Assembly (NCBI GenBank): GCA_038213805.1
Contig: JBBQSO010000090.1
Location: 1-20,125 of the forward strand
DNA: 20,125 nt
Direction of reading: 5' to 3'
From: Planctomycetota bacterium
GTDB taxonomy: Bacteria > Planctomycetota > UBA11346
Part shown: in pieces, positions 17,124-20,125 of the stretch
Numbering within the stretch: the stretch's first letter is position 1
Layout: every line of letters starts with the position of its first letter
Translations under genes and position numbers: made by a program
The notes under the pieces: model-generated
Database searches by the model: none
What the model was told of the DNA's origin: nothing
The model's input: the letters and a program-made list of their open reading frames with translations, nothing else

Positions 17124-18698
17124 TCACGCTGCCAGTCGCAACCGGATCCCGAACTGCGCAGCGACGATCGCAGCCGCGACAGGCGGATACACGGAATTAC
17201 CAATCCGCGCGGTCTTCTGCCTCTTGGTGCCAGTCAGGATATAGTTCCGGCCAAAACCCTGCGCTCCTGCCAGCTCTTCGGCCTCAAGCATGCGAAGACC
17301 AATGTCGGTGATCAGGTACTCCTCTCCCTCGAGCGTCACCGTGACCAAGCCGAAGCATGCGCCTTGCCGGATGGTGTGGAGGGGATCGTCCAGCCCTTGG
17401 GCCGTCCCGCCCGTGCCATAGTATTTAGTGAGGAAGGCTGCAACGAGTGCGGCTTTGCTTCCGCCGGCGACGACCGTTCCCAGAGGCTGTCTGATATCGA
17501 GAGCTCTCGGTGCCTGGCCGACACGCTCACCATAGCCCGTCTGGACCAGGGTCATCGCAGCCAGTGCGTTGTGATCCCATTTCGTGATGGTCGGCAGTGG
17601 ATCGGTGAGCGACTTGCAGTGATGCTGACGGTTTTCCAGACTTCCGTAGTATTTCGACAGGAATGCCGCGACCCGCGCGGGGTGATTGCCCTGCGCCAAA
17701 GTGGTGGTCAGCGGATCATGGACCCCATTCCGTTGATCGTCACCATGACTCAGGCGCTCGAGACGGGGTGCCACGAGACCATGCCGCTGCTTCTGGGTTA
17801 CCGTCGACAACGGCTCGCCAACCGACGATGACCCTCGCCGGTTGCTCTGCTGGTCAATCGTGACGATGAAGGGATTGCCGCTGAGAACGTAGCGAACCAT
17901 ACCGGCCGCCACGCGTCGACAGGTAGCATCGGCAAGGGGCTTCTTGCGCTCAAAAATGCTCGGACATCGCAAGGACCAGTCGATGATGTCGGCAGCCGGC
18001 CGCCAGGCCTCCGCTCGCCCCTTCCCATGCGTAGGCACTGGCCAGACAATCGGTGCGCCATCCCGCCGCGCCACGAGGAATAGCCGCTTACGAATGGTCG
18101 GTACACCGTAGTCGGCAGCAACCATGGTTCGCCATTCGACCGAGTACTTCAACGCACGGAGACGGTCGACAAACCGCTTGAAGGTTTCACCGGCTCTCGC
18201 GGGATCAGGAACACGAATGGGCTTGCCATCCTTGGGATCACGAAGGTAGTCGCCCTGCGCGTCGCGCGCGTACATCAACGGTCCCCAGCTCAGAAACTCG
18301 GGAACGTTCTCAAGGAAGATGACGCGCGGTGCGACTTTTGCTGCCCACCGGCATCCAATCCAGGCCAATGCCCGCACACTGGGCGAAACCGGCGCCGATC
18401 CCTTCGCACGGGAGAAATGCCGATAATCTGGGCTCAACCACAGGGCCCCGACAGGAACGCCTTTGGTTGCCTCTTCCGGCCTGACATCGTAGATGCTCTC
18501 GCAGTAGTGGCACGTGGCCGGGTGATTGGCTTCGTGCATTTGGATCGCATGCGGATCATGATTAATCGCGATGTCTGGACTCCGACCCAGTGCGAGCTCG
18601 ATTCCAAGCGAGGCACCGCCGCCCCCTGCGAATAGATCGACGATGAGCTCTCCGCACAGAACTCCGCCGATTCCTGGGATTTGGAGCTGCTTGCTCAT
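17124..18698 (-). CDS. Phage-type C5 DNA cytosine methyltransferase homologue, catalytic Cys replaced by Tyr
   Basis: Motif I DLFAGGGG, motif IV WLSPD(Y)RHFSRAKG, motif VI ENVPEF, motif VIII PTIRKRLF, repeated xPLxT(I/V) units in the variable region, and DIGLRML...AQGF...IGNSV motifs IX-X. Confidence 0.92.
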   Translation of the reverse strand: MSKQLQIPGIGGVLCGELIVDLFAGGGGASLGIELALGRSPDIAINHDPHAIQMHEANHPATCHYCESIYDVRPEEATKGVPVGALWLSPDYRHFSRAKGSAPVSPSVRALAWIGCRWAAKVAPRVIFLENVPEFLSWGPLMYARDAQGDYLRDPKDGKPIRVPDPARAGETFKRFVDRLRALKYSVEWRTMVAADYGVPTIRKRLFLVARRDGAPIVWPVPTHGKGRAEAWRPAADIIDWSLRCPSIFERKKPLADATCRRVAAGMVRYVLSGNPFIVTIDQQSNRRGSSSVGEPLSTVTQKQRHGLVAPRLERLSHGDDQRNGVHDPLTTTLAQGNHPARVAAFLSKYYGSLENRQHHCKSLTDPLPTITKWDHNALAAMTLVQTGYGERVGQAPRALDIRQPLGTVVAGGSKAALVAAFLTKYYGTGGTAQGLDDPLHTIRQGACFGLVTVTLEGEEYLITDIGLRMLEAEELAGAQGFGRNYILTGTKRQKTARIGNSVYPPVAAAIVAAQFGIRLRLAA

Positions 18699-18943
18699 TG
18701 CTTCTCCAGGCCGGAGTGCTGTGGCTGAGAGCTAATGGGCCCTAAGGCAGTTAAGCATTGGCGCATGGCCACGGTATGCCGTTTGGTGAGCTCAGGATCA
18801 TCCCAAGAACGTCGGCGCTCCTGGTAGGCCTCGTTCACCTCGATTTGTAGCACAGTGGGCAATCGCGGCCAACATGCGCAGCACACCAGGTGCCAGAGCT
18901 TATCTTTCGTGAGACCACAACGGCAGCGCAGGGTGGCAGGCAT
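18695..18943 (-). CDS. Small Cys-rich phage-like protein (possible Zn-binding)
   Basis: CRC...VCCACWPRLP motif, GAGG RBS before ATG 18943, and ATGA overlap with the methyltransferase start (translational coupling). Confidence 0.65.
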   Translation of the reverse strand: MPATLRCRCGLTKDKLWHLVCCACWPRLPTVLQIEVNEAYQERRRSWDDPELTKRHTVAMRQCLTALGPISSQPQHSGLEKQ

Positions 18944-19023
18944 GGGGGAAATCCTCACGTCAGGTCGGGGTGGCTACTCGCAAAGTCAGGCTGCTAGCCC
19001 GAGGAAGCACTCAGGCGACGCCC

Positions 19024-19512
19024 CTAGAACGGCGGCTCATCCCCAGCCGACAGCGTCCCCGAAGCCAGCGGCTGCGCCCGCTCGGCATTGGTGCGGTTCT
19101 CCTGGACTCCGGTGGCACTATCGCCAGAGGCATCGCCCCCGGTTGCGCCATCGTCCTGCTGCGACCGCGAACCACCGTCGCTTTTCGGGCTGAGGAACTG
19201 GATGCTGTCGGCGACCACCTTCAGTTTGCTACGCTTCGAGCCGTCCGCTTCGTCCCACTTGTCGAGCTTGAGACGGCCCTCGAGGTAGACGAGCTTCCCC
19301 TTGGTGAGGAACTGACCGGCGAGCTCGGCCGTACGCCCCCAGGTCTCGATGTCCACGAAGGTGACCTCTTCCTTCACCTGGCCATCGTTTCCCTTGAAGC
19401 GCCTGTTGATGGCGATGCCGAAGTTAGCCACCGCCTGCTCGTTGGAAAGAAAACGGACCTGCGGGTCGCGGGTGAGATTGCCGGCGAGCATGACTTTATT
19501 GAGATTGAACAT
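19024..19512 (-). CDS. ssb: Single-stranded DNA-binding protein
   Basis: LNKVMLAGNLTRDP OB-fold start, FVDIETWGRTAE, KGKLVYLEGRL, and acidic tail DEPPF. Confidence 0.96.
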   Translation of the reverse strand: MFNLNKVMLAGNLTRDPQVRFLSNEQAVANFGIAINRRFKGNDGQVKEEVTFVDIETWGRTAELAGQFLTKGKLVYLEGRLKLDKWDEADGSKRSKLKVVADSIQFLSPKSDGGSRSQQDDGATGGDASGDSATGVQENRTNAERAQPLASGTLSAGDEPPF

Positions 19513-19566
19513 GGGTTTTTCCGTGAGAAATGAGTGATGGATGGAGTGACGAAGGAAGGGGAGAGG

Positions 19567-20124
19567 TCAGATGATGAAGTGTTGATCGCGGAGGAAGTCC
19601 TCCAGGACGTCCCTCTGGGCCATTGGAAGGGCATCTGCGGCCGAGGCCCAGATATCGCGGAGAAGGTCTTCAGCACGCATAAGCAGGTCGATGGGGTCGA
19701 CGCGACGGGATGTCATGGCACCGGACCGCGTAATCCCATGCAGGGTGAACTCGGGCCCCGAAAGACTCAGAATGATCGTCTGCAGACCATCCAGTGCGGA
19801 CGCATACAGCAGTTGGAGATCATGAAGGGGAACGGAGGAGACGAAGTCATCGATCGTCGCATCACGTCCCGGTGGGTTGGTTGCATATACTGGCGGAATG
19901 CTGGAGTCTCGCAGTCCGATGGTCATCGCGCCGCGGTGGTACACCCATTCGATTTGCTGCCCAGACTCGATGGCCATGTGCATGATGTGCTGGTCAAGCG
20001 GAACCCGGACTCGGGTGGTTGATTCGAACGGAGAACGAGAGTCGTCGTGTAGCTCTGCCGGCCCCCTTGACCCCTGCGCTCGCCGGGCCTGATCGCCGTG
20101 GGCGAAGGGACCGAGGCATGGGTG
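19567..20124 (-). CDS. Hypothetical protein, possibly 5'-truncated by the window edge
   Basis: The ORF 19567-19983 frame has no stop up to the window end (...HPCLGPFAHGDQARR...PLDQHIMHMAIESG), and it is co-directional with ssb. Confidence 0.55.
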   Translation of the reverse strand, partial: HPCLGPFAHGDQARRAQGSRGPAELHDDSRSPFESTTRVRVPLDQHIMHMAIESGQQIEWVYHRGAMTIGLRDSSIPPVYATNPPGRDATIDDFVSSVPLHDLQLLYASALDGLQTIILSLSGPEFTLHGITRSGAMTSRRVDPIDLLMRAEDLLRDIWASAADALPMAQRDVLEDFLRDQHFII

Positions 20125-20125
20125 A

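Larger units (their letters stand above)
14640..20125. mobile_element. Prophage/ICE-like accessory segment (partial)
   Basis: Visible drop in GC and GC3 compared with 1-12010, an ssb + Cys-rich protein + orphan C5 MTase module typical of phage replication regions, and orphan ORFs. No integrase or structural genes in the window. Confidence 0.6.

Noticed and set aside
17124..18698. MTase as part of a restriction-modification system
   Set aside because: No recognisable endonuclease or Vsr gene is adjacent. The architecture is that of orphan phage-type MTases.
17118..20022. Plus-strand ORFs 17118..17831, 18970..19533 and 19534..20022
   Set aside because: Antisense to the MTase, ssb and upstream co-directional ORF, with no motifs or RBS support.

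Overview
High-GC bacterial DNA, tentatively Planctomycetota-like (inferred from the tandem zinc-ribbon membrane protein and the SSB type). Bases 1 to ~12010 are host chromosome, almost all on the + strand. In order: BNR/Asp-box membrane protein, sthA, a Lon N-domain protein, a secreted DUF5060/GH5-like glycoside hydrolase, a mutarotase-like protein, a small repetitive minus-strand protein, a double zinc-ribbon/TM/coiled-coil protein, an outer-membrane beta-barrel, ruvB and a TPR-like membrane protein. A three-gene IS66 (~12039-14639, no target-site duplication) joins this DNA to a visibly lower-GC prophage/ICE-like segment. That segment carries orphan ORFs, a lipoprotein, a secreted protein and a minus-strand ssb, Cys-rich protein and C5 DNA methyltransferase module. 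The main oddities are four: (1) RuvB has an in-frame ~17-aa deletion covering the RuvA-contacting hairpin, with no ruvA/ruvC nearby; (2) the methyltransferase has Tyr at its catalytic Cys; (3) two loci have inverted heptamer tracts flanking ~90-105 bp spacers; (4) several leaders show switch-like or multi-stem RNA structures. No rRNA, tRNA or CRISPR array was seen. All family assignments come from motif recall, not database searches.
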